A stretch of DNA of 64,000 nt. It comes from Geosiphon pyriformis uo1 (lineage: Eukaryota; Fungi; Glomeromycota). Each line of letters begins with the position of its first letter. Position 1 is the first letter of the stretch. The stretch spans positions 186,001 through 250,000 of the forward strand of contig JAAOMT010000657.1 of assembly GCA_016748015.1 (NCBI GenBank), read 5' to 3'. The notes below the pieces were generated by a model, which saw only the letters and a list, made by a program, of their open reading frames with translations, had not been told where the DNA came from and did not search any database. The translations under genes were made by a program, and so were the position numbers. Below, piece by piece: positions 12,516-25,600 of this stretch.

Positions 12516-15500
12516 CTAAATACAGTTATTAGTAACATAGTTTTTGTGTATAATATTAGTACAATAAACTATTATATTTTTTTAGTAATAAATACATATT
12601 TTGTTTAATCTATTATAAAAATTAAGAATTCATTAACCTAATACCCAAAAAAAAATAAACTGTTTAAGATTTAATCACTAATAGTAAAACAAAAAAAACC
12701 TTTTCCAAAAGAAAAAAATTTAACATTGAAAATTTGCTGATTAGAAACAGTTCAGTAATATTAAAAAAAAAATATCTCTAAACAAATTTATATAATACAA
12801 CATACTATTACCACCAAAAAAACTTGTTTTATCTATTTAAAGCCTTATTAATTCAATTACCACAATAATGAATTCATCAAAAAAAAATAAACCAAACCAA
12901 GAGCAAATAAGCTTTTTCAGTTGTAGTAATATTTAAAAAAGATGAAATTTTATGCTTTTGTGTTGACTACTGTTAATTAAATATCATTATTAAAAGAAAT
13001 ATATATTTATTTCTTAAAATTAATACAATACTAGATTAATTCAAAAATGCTGTTTTCTTTTCAACTATTAATTTAACTACTGAATTTTGGTAAATAGAAA
13101 TAAATTTAAAAAGTAAAAAAAAAACCATTTTTATTATCAAATATAATACTGTTATAAGTAAACTTGATAAAGTATGGCAGTAATATTTAGTGCTCTAAAT
13201 TTAGATAAGGGAAGCTTGAAGGTTTTTTTTTATAGGCTTATATGATATATTAGTGTTATTAATTTTTAAAAGTTTCTTAATAGATGTAAATTTACTTATA
13301 AAGTTCTTTAGTTATAAAGTACAGAGATATAGTTTTGTGGTATTAAAACTTATATATATGAGCTATTTTTTCCATGTTAGTCAAGTGCAATCACTAAGGT
13401 TTAATGATATTTTTTTGTCTTTTTGATAAGCTAATAAGATAATGTTATTATCTAATCTTAAAAGAAACTTCTTTTTTTTATTAGGCTATCATAAAGTTTA
13501 TTTTCAGACAGTTAATTTTTTTATGTTGTTATTTCACAAAAAAAGAAAAAAAAAGAAAAAAAAGAACAAAAAATAAAATAAAAATAAAAATAAAAAATAA
13601 AATAAAAATAAAAAAAGAAATTAGTATTGTTAATTGTTGTAATTAAAAATAATCAATCTAAGTTGTTATTTATTTAAGATATTTTTATGTTAAGAGCATC
13701 TGACCAGAAATAAAAGTAAGAAAATAAGTAATTTGGTTTAAACATAAAATTCAAAGATTATGAATAAGTAATTTTTGGTTTTAAATGTTTTTTTATTTAA
13801 GTTAATGTAAATATATAGGTAAAATAAACTTAATAAATATAAATAAAAAATATATTTTTTATTTGACTATTTTTTCTGTTTCTCTGTCTTTTTTTTACTG
13901 CTAAAATTATTTGTTTTTATACATATTTCTAGTTTTACAAGATTGCTTGTTATTACTAGTTATTGCTTTATTTTTTTATACTATAATTATTTTATGTTAC
14001 AGTTAATTATTTTGTGTTATTTTATGTTATTGTGTTATTTTATGTTATCTTGAGTTATAATATGTTATTTAGTATTATTTCATATTATTATGTTTTTCTA
14101 TATTATTATATTTCTTAATCACGTTTTTTCAATATTTTTTGGATTTGTTTTTTTATTCAGGTAATATTATCTCTTTTTTTTAAAATTAAGCTTCTATGAA
14201 ATTATATATATCTGTAAAAATTGTTCTTTTAGTATAGTGTTTAATTGTTATATTAAGTATTGTTTTTTGTAAATTTTCAAACTGTGTATTTGTTATTTAT
14301 TCTATGCTGTTGATTGTAATAGTTTTTAATGCATTATCTAATAGTATAACTAAACAGTATTTAAAGGCTGTATACAATCAATAGATTGCTTTATAGTATA
14401 GTATTAAGTTGCTTCTTTCTATGAATTTTTTTACTTGTTTAAGAGCTTTTTTGTTAAAAGTTTATTTGTTGAAGTTTTTATATAGTGTTTTCAATTCTAA
14501 TTGTTCATTAATCTTAAAAAACCAGTAGACTAATGAAAGTTTTTTTTTCTACTCTGACATTTTCTGGTGTTTATTCTCCTATGTTGGATAGTTTAATCTT
14601 CTAGAAAAAATCTCATTGGATTTTTTTTAGTATCAGAAACCACATACTTTTTTTTTTCTTTAATTATTTATAAAAATAGAAATACTCAGCTTTAATTGAA
14701 TTTTTGTTCATCTTTTTCTTGTGCAAATTTTTGTATTGTATATTTTTTTTATTAATTGTAATTTCTATTGGTGTTGTAAATTGTTAAATTGCTTCAAATA
14801 ATTGGTTTAAAAGTTTTAGAATTTGATCTAAAAGATTTATTTTGAAAGTTTTATTGTCTTCTTTCTTGCTGTTTCAGTTTTTATATATACTTAAATTTGC
14901 AATTTAATTTATTACCAATGGACTATGTTTCAATAACAATAATTGGTTCCAAATTTTGTAGTATATCTTCTGATCTGATTAATAAAATTTGTGTTTTTAG
15001 TTGAAGTATAAATAATGATGACTTTTAGTTAATATGATAAATTTTCAGTTAATTTTTATATACTACTTTCTTTAAAATTTTGTTTTCTAATTATAATTTG
15101 TATGTTCTATTGCCTAAAACTTTGTGTATGTAAAATAGTCTATTCTATTTTAGGTTAAACTTTTTACTCTATTGTTTTTCAGCTTTAGTACAATATAACA
15201 ATACTTTGTTTTCAATCTTAAATTCAGCTAATTGGTCAAGTAGGTAATTATTATGTCTCTTTTTTTGTTATTTTTGAGTATTATTAATATTGTCTGCTGT
15301 TGTTTTATGATTGTTTTCTAATGTTTTTATTAGCTGGTATGTTTTCTGGTATAAGATGGCTTCAAAATTCTTTTTGGTAATTGATTTTGTTAAAAAAAAA
15401 GATATTTTTTATTCAATAGGTAGAGTGATTTGTCTCTTATATACTAGTTTAAATAGTATAAACTAACTAGTATTTTGCTTTATTGTTTGATATGCAAATA

Positions 15501-17759
15501 ATACAGAAGATATAAATAAGTTCTATTTTTGTGTATTTTTGTAACTTATTTTTGTTAATGCTTCACATAATGTTTAGTTAAATTGTTTTACCAGTTTGTT
15601 TGTTTGTAAGTAATATGATAATAATAATAGTTGCTTTATTTTAAATTATTAACTTAGTTTGGTTAATGTATTATTAATAAAATAAGTTCCTTGGTTAAAT
15701 AATAATTCTTTTGGGCATCTATGTTAGCAAATCAGATCTTGATGCACAAATTCAGCTACTGTTTTAGTATTAGTTACTAAAATAGCTCTGGCTTTAGACC
15801 ATTTGGTAAAATAGTCTACAGTTATAGCAATATAACAATTTTTTTTAAATATAATTAAGAAAAAACCAACCAAATTGATCCTAATTTTATCAAATAAATT
15901 TCGAACTGGAATAAATTAATGTGGTTCTATGGTTTTGGCTTCTTTTTTCTGTTGGCATAAGTTACAATTAATAACATATTCAAAAATATTCTTATATATC
16001 ATTAACCAATAATATAGATTTATTATTTTTTTTAAAGTAGCATTTTTGTTAAAGTGTTTTGTGGTTAGATTAGAGTACATGCTATACAAAACAGTTTTTT
16101 TTCATTGTTTTTTATAATTTATTGTAAAGTAGTATGGTTTTGATGTTTTAATAGTATAGTTGGTTGTTTTGAATAAAGTAATTATAAGCTTGTTTTCATA
16201 TAATACTTTGTTTTTGTTAAAATATTTCTTTTTAAACTGAAATGTTAATAAATAATGGTATAATTGCTGATAAGTAGTTGTGTTTATGAGTTTAGAATTA
16301 GATTTGTAATATTCTTGACAAACTGTTAACATTAATATTTTTAGATTCTTTTTTATAATAAACTTTATATGGAAATTGTTATAGATAAGTATTCTATTAT
16401 GCATATTTTCCTTTTAGTTGTGGCTTATTGAGTAATCAAATAAGTTTTTTGTGATTAATATATAAATTAAATAGTTGGTAAAGATAGTGTTTCTAATTTT
16501 ATATTGTCTAGTAAATAATAAGACATTCCAAATTTGTTATACTGTATATTTTTTTTATTACACTAGTACTGCAATTAGCATAGACAATTGAATGTTTTCT
16601 ATTGTTTGGTCTAATTTATGACAAAACAGTTTTTAATGCATTTTTTGAAGTATCTGTAATAACAATAAAATATTTATTAAAGTTTGGATAAATTAATATT
16701 GGGGCTTTAATCAATTATTGTTTGAGATACTCAAAAGTTTTTTTCTGTTCTTTTTTATATAGATATAAGACATGTTTTAATAGCAGATAATAAAATGGTT
16801 TTGTAATATTGGAGAAGTCTTTAACAAATTTGTAGTAGTATTTAGCCAGTTTTAAGAATTTTTTTAGTTCTTGTAAATTGGTTAAAGCTGGGAAATTTTT
16901 GATTTTTTGGACTTTGTTTGAATTGGGCTTTACTTTGTCTTTGCTTATTATATGTTTCAAAAATTTTAGTTCAATCTTCCCAAAAAAGCATTTGTTCAAG
17001 TTAAGTTTAATGCTCTAAAGACAATTAAAAACTTGTTGAAAATAGAGCAAATAGTCATTAAATGTTTTAAAAAATACATTGGTATTGTCCAGATATACTA
17101 TGATTGATTTTCAGAGAATTTCTTTATATATGATATTTATAAAATACTGAAAAGTAGTGGGAGTATTGTAAAGTTCAAAAAGCATTACATTAAATTCAAA
17201 ATTTTTATCTTATATAGTAAATGCCATTTTTTTTTATCTTTGGAGTCTATTTCGACTTGTCAATATCTACTGACTAAGTCTAATAATAAGAACTATTTTT
17301 TATTTTCTAAATTATCCAAAATTTTTTAAATAAAAGAAATTAAATAGCTATCTTATTAAGTAATACTATTAAGCTTTTGGTAGTCTATACAAAACCATAT
17401 TTTTCTATTTTTTTTAGTAACCAATATAATTGAAGAGGACCAAGAGTTTAACAATTTTTTAATCAATTTATTATTTAATATTTGTTGTATTTTTTGTTTA
17501 ATTAGGTTCTTATTAGCAGAAATTATTCAATAGACTCATTGTTTAATAAATTAAGTATCTTCTATATTAATCTGGTATTTTATGATATCAATAAATCTGA
17601 ATTTATTTTTACTGGCAAAAACATTAGCATATTGATTCAAAAAAGCTTTAAGTTACATTTGTTGTAGTGTACTTAAGTTTTCCAAGTTTAGTTTAGTGAT
17701 TTCTTCTGGTGTAAACAAATAACTTTTTTTTGGCAAGTTTTATACTTACAAGATAATAT

Positions 17760-20050
17760 ATATAAAAAAAAAATAAAAGTTACTTTTTGTCTCCTTAATT
17801 TTATGACCATAACCAGAACAAAAAATAAAAAAGCTATACCTAATATTTTTTTTGAGATATCTAATAAAATTTTAACCAAAAAAACTCTTTCTATTGTAGA
17901 AACAACAAAACAGAACGTTTTAGAAATCTTCTTTTTACTTAGTAATCATAAAAAGCTGTTTTTAATAGCTACTAAAGCAACTTTTTTATCTTTGGCTGGT
18001 TTTTTACTAATTAAAGTTTCCTTAAAAAACACACTTAGATTAGTTCTAGTGTTGTCTTTATTCCAATTAAGAGCCCAAAAATTTTTAATAATAGACTAAT
18101 AAACAAGCTGGTTTTCTTTTTTATAGCTTTAATACCTAATACTACTAGTATCATCTTTTTAAAAATAATAATTAAAAAGACCAAAAGTTCAGAAAAATAA
18201 AAACAGTCACTTGTTTTTGTTATTGTTACACCAAATCTCTTTGTAGTTCCCAATAAGATCTTAGATAAGGTCTTTATAGTATTATCTGACATGTCATTTA
18301 AGATGGGCCAAAATCAACCACTGACTGTATTATTAAATGTGATGTCTTTCAACAGATTATCATTGGTTTTAGAAGCAAAACAATTATCTTTTGTGGTGTT
18401 ACCTGTTCTTAAAAATTGGGTTAACTAAATAGAAACTGATTCATTTTCTTTTCTGGTTTTTGGTGCTGTTATTAATAATGCTTGAAAAACCATTCTTAGT
18501 TATTAAAGATTTGCTGAATGAATGACCTCTATTTTAGTGCTTAATACTACTTTCAAGATCAAATTGGCTTATATTAAGACTGTTTTTCAGTCTGTACATG
18601 GTTTTCTGAATGTAAAATTGGTGTTAAAGAACAATATGAAGCTTTTTTGTATAGAGTTTGCTTCCCAAATGTCTTTGAAAACTGCTTTCTTGATTAAGTT
18701 TACAGGTTTTGTTTGTTTAGTTTCTTTTAAAATTGCCAAGTCTCTGATGGTCTCTGAATTTAGTTCTCTTTCTGCTGTTGTTGTGCTGTGTAATATGTTT
18801 TTAGGTGTGTTTGCTGCTGACATTAAAACAGCTCTCAGTATGTTTGGTGGTATTACTTGTGTTGTGCTAAAGCCTGTTGGCATTTGGCAATATGTGGTTA
18901 TTTATTTTGAAAAATTAAACTCTGCTGTGTTTGCTTTAAATCATTGGTTAATTTTAATAAGCAAAGATAGTATTAGAATTTTCCTTTTGGTAAATCAAAA
19001 TGAGACTATTTTGTTTTGTAATAGATTTAAGGCCAGATTAGTCAATCTTTTTTTTGGCTGTATAGCTTTTAAAATTAGTAATATGATTTTTTAGGTTGGT
19101 AATTGAACATGTTTTATTTCTTATTTTCCTAAGTCTGATTATTATTCCCAGTTTGTTCTGGTTATATTTGATTCTTAGATTGATTTGGATGCTGTAGTAC
19201 TCAAGACTGGTATACTAAGAAAGTGCTGTATTTGATAGAAAATTTCTGAAAATTGGCACTGTTTTTAGTGCTAAGGTACAGATTATCTGGCTTTAAATTG
19301 TAAAATGTCTTTATTTCTTTTTTTTAAAACTTCCAAGATGTTCATTTTTTATGTTTTTGGTAATGTATTGTATGTCAAAGCTGCTGCTTCTGTGTTTCTT
19401 TTGGTTGATTCAACATTGTTTGCTGATATAATATTTGATAATTTTATGGTCTCTTCTCAATTAACTTTTTTGGAATTGAAGTTGGCCAAGCTTTTCACTT
19501 TGGTTAATTTTATTGTTAAGTCTGTTGATTTTATGGTAAAAGTGTTTAAACAATTCATTAATGAAGACTTGGTTTTAAGTAGTGTTCTTGGCCTTAAGAT
19601 TAATGAAATTTTGGTACACATAAATTTTTTTAGCAAAACTATTGGTAAGCTAGAATGTAAGATGGTTGCTTTGAAAACTGAGTATAGTTTTAAAGACATT
19701 AATATGTCTGGTCTTTATGTAGATTTGTTTTCTATTGATAATGATTTGTTTTCTAATTTGATGTTACTCTGGAACATGAATCTGTTGCTGTTAAGACTGA
19801 TGCCTTTAAAATAGCTGAATAGTTAGTTAGATTAGTTAATAATAATGTTATATTATTTAAAATTGTTTAAAGAATGTTTTCTTTAGATAAATTTTCTTCT
19901 AAAGTATTAATGTAGTATTGCCTAAACTGGTTTGAGTAGCTGATTACATATAGAAAGTGTGTAAACCACATTTAGCACTAAAACACTTAGTTTGCTCTTA
20001 ATTTCTAGATAGTAATAGGGCTTTGTTTATTAAATCTTAATAAAAAAAAA
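17760..20050 (+). mobile_element. ORF1-only non-autonomous LINE derivative (HAL1-like) with poly(A) tail
   Basis: A single decayed ORF (17803-~19915) homologous to LINE ORF1 at 162-1955, a short 3' UTR, and an A-tail at 20042-20050. Flanking duplication ~ATAATAT (17753-17759 / 20050-20056). B1 pol resumes on both sides. Confidence 0.82.
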
Positions 20051-20414
20051 TAATATCACAAAATAAAAACAATTGTGCAAAGTCTAAAATAAGCTAAAGT
20101 TTTCTAGAATTTTGAATATTTAAAGAAATAGAGCCAATAAAAATTTCTTTGGAAATCTTAATAACATTTTTAATAAGATTGTAAATAAAGATTTTGAAAT
20201 ATTTGTGAGCTTTAACAGATATATATAGGTTAGCAATATTGGCTAGAAAACAGATTTCTGGTTTAACTTCAAATAATAGAATCTGATTCTGAATTTTCTA
20301 ATCTACTTTTAAAATATACTGTTGATATAGGAGAATAAAGATGACTATATTGGTATAAATAAGTTTTATTTTATTATTGTCTTCTTTTATGAAATTAAAT
20401 GGTATATTTTCTTT

Positions 20415-20805
20415 TTTACTTGATCCAAACCTGTTAATTTTTTGTACAGTAAAACTTGATTTTTTGTGCATAATAACTGGAATTAATTGCAGTATTTTAC
20501 AAAAAATAAAAAGATAGTTTAAGTAATCTTTTCTTGTAATTCAATTGTATAAAGTTTATTAGAATTATCTTATAATATTATGATAATGTTTTCAGTGTAT
20601 TCAGCATCAATAATTCTTTTTTTTATGTTAATTTTTTTTTTGTAAGACTAAACCAAAAAGCAACTTAAATCATAGTATTAATAAAAATTTTTAAAGCTAT
20701 TTTGAGATTTATTTTTACAAAGAAGTGTGAAACTATAACTATAAAGAATTGTTTGGAATATTTTAAATCAAATTCAGCATTATTTTCATGTGTTTTTTCA
20801 GATAT
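20415..20805 (-). pseudogene. dUTPase domain inside B1 pol (between protease and RT)
   Basis: Reads ..THENNAEFDLKY..INLKIAL..FSLTKKKINIKKRIIDAEYTENI..NRFGSS, i.e. decayed motifs AGFDL, RSS, IDxGYxG, RGxxGFGS. Confidence 0.8.
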
Positions 20806-22627
20806 ATTCTTTGTTGTTATTATTATACTATTTCAATTCTAACTTTTTGGAAAGATTAAAGTAGACAAGATACTGTTTTATCTTAGTAGTCTTATTTGGC
20901 TCTTGAAATAATATGTTTTTAATAGCAAACTTGTATTTTTTTTAAATTTTGGTAATTTGATAATAGGATATAGTGTTTTTGGAGATAGATTAAACAAGAG
21001 ATCATATTTATTGAAGTACTAAAAATAATAAGAAATCAAGCAATAATTGCACAGTTTTGTATTGAAATCTGCTAGTTTCTGTTTTTGTTTTTCTTAAATA
21101 AGAGTCAGTTCTTGGTACTGGTCTTAGAATGTTTTAAGATCATCTGTGAATAGGTTATTTATTTTTTTAATAATTATTAGGACATTTTTTATGGTATGTA
21201 TTTTATTAATTGTGACATTTTTCTATTTGGCTGTAGCCATTTTTTAAATTTTCTTTTCATTATAAGAGTATAAATCTAATTGGTTTATTGTTTAACTATA
21301 AGTTATAACAAATAAAGTTTTTTTTTGGGCTCAGTTATTGATTAGAATAGTGTACTAACAGAATGTGTTATATGTTTTTCTTTTGCCAAAAACATCATTT
21401 CACAATTTTTCATTTAATAAAATTTTACTATATACAAGACATAGTATATTATTTTATTTGCCATGTTATTTTGGTTATTCAAATTGTTTCAATACACAAA
21501 ATTGGCAATAGTATTTGGTTGCAGTTGGCTATATTTTATTGTCTCTAATACAGGCATTTATTGAAAATAACTTTTTTCTACAATTGACACAAATTAATAT
21601 TAAGGGTTAATAAGATTAATGTCTTTGATTTAAAGTTAGATAAATTAATAGTGCTGTCATAAATTTTTCATCAACTCTTTTTTTATCTTTTTTTTTTCAT
21701 GTGAGAAGTAGTGGTAGTTCTGTTTTGTAATTGTTAAACCAAAAAACTTGATAAGTTTTCAAGATTGGTTGAAAAGTAGGTTTTTTGAATTTAATTAGAA
21801 GTTGTTATTCTGAAGTGTTCACATATAGTGAGTACTTTAGCATATTGTTTATTAAAAATAATCTAGAGTTCTTGAATATTCCAATCAAATATAGCATGAA
21901 CTTTAGTTAACCAATTATTTTTTGTAAGAGCTTGAAACTAAGTAGCTTCTATAACAAATACTTTAATTGGAATGTTGATTTTATAAATTTCGAAAAAAAA
22001 ATTGGCAATCTTTTCTACCAATGTTTTGGTATTCTTATCTATGATAATTATTTTAGTAATGGTTGTACAATTCACTTAATAACTTAGTTGATTCATGAGT
22101 CGTTTTGTGATTATGCTGCCTGCAAATCTGCTGTTAAGTATTAATTTAATGTTTAATTATTCTACTTTGACATTAGTGTATATTGCTATAACTGGCTTAT
22201 CCTAATTAATGGCAGCTCTACTAAAAAAATCAGTAATGTTCAAATTATTAATATCAAATAGAAATATAGTAGTAAGAGTATTATCTTTAGTAATTGTAAT
22301 AAGTAGAATCATATTGATAAACAGATTTGTGTTCTAAGTAGAAAGATTGATAATTTTGACTACATTTTTTCTTTCTAAAAATGTTGTATTACCAAAATTC
22401 AGAGTTTTTGTAAGACCAAAATATAAAGTCTGATTTAAATATCCAGTTTGTGCTATTTAAGATAATATGTTATTATTATTATTTATAAAAATTAGGAGTA
22501 TTATAATTGGAGAAATAACCAATCAGAAGTAAGCATAGTAACAGAAAAATTTCAAGATTCCTCCAGAATTCCAGAATTTTTTTGAAAGAATTGCAAGATT
22601 TCAGGAATCTCATATAACACAAACTAT

Positions 22628-25600
22628 TATTATGGATTGGAGTAACAAGCTAACAGATAGCAAGGGAGAGCAGGATTGTAGAGTAATGGAAATAATAAAA
22701 AGGATTTCAACTTTAATGAGTGAATTAAATAAGTATAGATTCAATGTGCAAGATCAGTCTCATAAAATATCTTAGTCACTATTCTTTTAAAAAATAACTA
22801 GAGAATCTGAAGATAGAGGAATAGTCTGTACTATCAACAAATAATTACGTCTGGTATAATTCTATGCTTCACATCAACACTCTTAGAATTCAATATCAGA
22901 TATCAAATGTACTCTTCAGTTATGTTTTATTCAATAATCTTCAAATGCTGCAATTACATGTTTTTAGAAAAAGAATAAGGAATAACCAACAAGTAATCTT
23001 TTATTCCAAGATGTTCAGATACTTGAAAGTAGGGAAAAGAAATTTAGTAATAAGAAAATAATTAAGATGAAAGTTGTTATTTTATTTATTTTTTTTCTTT
23101 GATTTCTACATGCTTTTCTACAGCTAAGAGATTCATTACTTATATAGCTATCAAAAGTGGTCAATGATCAGGTCAATAATTAGGTCAATAATCAGGTCAA
23201 TGATTATTTTTTAAAAATAGAGTGGCTAATTTATATGATATCAATGGCTAATACATGTGATAATTAATAAGAAGTATAAGTTTCAATCATAATATTATCT
23301 TCTTTAAAGAGATTGAGCTCCAGTGAAATCAAGCTATTTATAATGTAATCTATTTAAAGAGTTTTATTTAACTCAAAGCTAACTAGTTTGTTGAAGTCTT
23401 TTGTATATAGAGTATATAATACTTGAGATGAAATGAGTTTTATATCTAAAAAACCAAATTTTTGTATTAGAGTTTTGGCTTTTCTAACAATAGTTAAAAC
23501 TCTTGGGACATCTAACCATATAATGCCCAAAATTTCTGCCTGTATCTCTGAAGTTGTTTTCTTCATGAGTTTCATATCTTCTATGATTTCTCCAAAGTGA
23601 CCATAGAATTCTAATTGCCTTTCATATGACAAGTTTTTGTTTATGGATAAAATTTCTTAGAGTGTTTTTTCAATTGTGCTGAAAGATAAGAGTATAGCTG
23701 CTATTATACTTTTTAATAGATATTTATCCATTTTGCTACCAATTTTTTCTCTTCCAGTAGTAGTTTTCTTTGGTCTAATAACAGTATGTATTCCACTGTT
23801 ATCAGTTATGGTGGTTTGTTTTCCAATGGTCAGAGTAGTATTTGGATAGTTTTTGATCCAATACTTATGGAGAGTATAGAAGATGTTTTGAATGTTTTGA
23901 TCCAAAAAATAATTGTTCATGTCAATTGAAGATACCTCTGTTTTGGGAATAGTGCATTTATTTATATTTGATTTTTGCTAATTATTTAAGTTGATATTAT
24001 TACAACAGGCAACCAATCAGATCATTTATGATATTTTTTGAGTCATATACTATAAACAGGACAATCATTAAAGATTGTTTCGGATTGATCTTAAAGAATA
24101 TAAGAACTATTGTTCAAAACTTTATTGACTATAAAGAGTTTTTTCTCTTAGCTAAAGAATTCATCACCATAGACATTGTTTCTGTTTGAATGGTATTTTA
24201 GTACCAAGTCACCAACACTTAAAGAAAGTGTTTTATTGATTTTCTTTCTTTTAAGCTTTTTTGGAACTGTTTTATCTTTTCAAAAGCAATTATTCATGCT
24301 TTTACTAAGGAGTCAAGAATGATACCAAGTCTTTTTTGCAAAATGTCTTTGTAATTTCCTATTATGATTTCTTCAAAAGGTATTGTCTCAATGTCAGTTT
24401 CTATTGGTAGTATTGCCATATATTCATAGAGCAGATAAAAAAGTTCATAACTTGTTATGTTATAATTCACAGTTCTATAAGCAAACAAAGCTAAAGGCAG
24501 TACTTTGTCCCATAAGTTTGTTTCTTCACTGGTTTTGGCTAGGATTTCACATAGTGTTCTGTTAAAACGTTTCACTAGGCTATTTGTTTAAAGGTAATAA
24601 GGAGAGGAGAATTTATAATGTATTCTTATTTTTCTACAAAGTTCTTCAACCAGTGTATTGAGAAAAGCTCTTCTTTTATCAGATAAAAGTTCTTTGGAAC
24701 AGTCATGATGGCAAATAATATCTTCATAAATGAAATTGGTTATTAAGACTGCTGTTTGGTCAGGAGTACCTCTTGCTTCTATCCACTTTGTAAGATAATT
24801 GGTAACTGTAATAATATATCTGTTGCCATCAAGAGTTATTGTTAAAAGTCTAATAACATCTATACCAATTCTGTTAAATGGTTGATCAACAGAGATTGAA
24901 TGGATATTTTTTTTGTGATTGGATTTGCCTCTTTTTTGGCAGATGTCACAGGTTTTGATGTATTCACCAATGTTCTTTTCCAAGGTAGACTAATAATAGT
25001 GAGCTAAGGTTTTCTGAATTGTTTTTGTTTTTTTAAAGTGTTCAGCTAATGGGTCAATATATATGTTGTATATTACAATTTTTTTTTTTTCAAATCTGAT
25101 AATTCTCTGGAGACAATCAGAATCTTTTCTATTTCTTTTATATAACTGGTTCTGAGAGATTAAATAGAAATTTGAATGTTTGCACAAATGTTTTTTTTGC
25201 TGTTGAGTGTATTCTGGTGGGTATTGTCCTTTACCCAAAAATTCTATTAAGGCAGAATAATTGTCCAAGTTCATTATTATGTTTGTTTGTAAAAGAGTTA
25301 CTAATAATTAAGTTGGTTTGATTTGAGAGGTTGTACTATTACTGAATGATAAGTCTAAAAAGAGTGTCTGCATTTGATGATTTGCTTCTTTATAGTGTTA
25401 AATATTATAGTCAAATTTATCCAAATGGAGTATTCAGTAAGTTATTCATTTATGTTCCAGCTTCTTTTTATTGTGCAGCCAAACCAAGGCTTGATGATCT
25501 GTTATCACTAAGAATTTTGCACCAAAAAAATATTGATCTCAGTAACTAGTAGCCCAAACTACTGCTAAGCATTTCTGTTTAGTAACTGAATAATTCTTTT

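Noticed and set aside
13538-13620. A-rich tract as a retrocopy poly(A) tail (also 57578-57652 and 59465-59509)
   Set aside because: Present at the same position in each LTR-B copy, so it is an internal low-complexity part of the LTR.
2100-17700. Endosymbiont or mitochondrial DNA, or an alternative genetic code, explaining AT-richness and in-frame stops
   Set aside because: The AT-rich tracts align to decayed copies of the same TEs. Stops are TAA, TAG and TGA at copy-specific positions, and the host FMO uses the standard code with spliceosomal introns.
22864-23061. Recurrent ~65-aa antisense ORF in LTR-A (also 29861-30058 and 32235-32444)
   Set aside because: Recurrence simply reflects LTR homology. 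It has no equivalent track ORF in the A3 LTRs and no recognisable motif.
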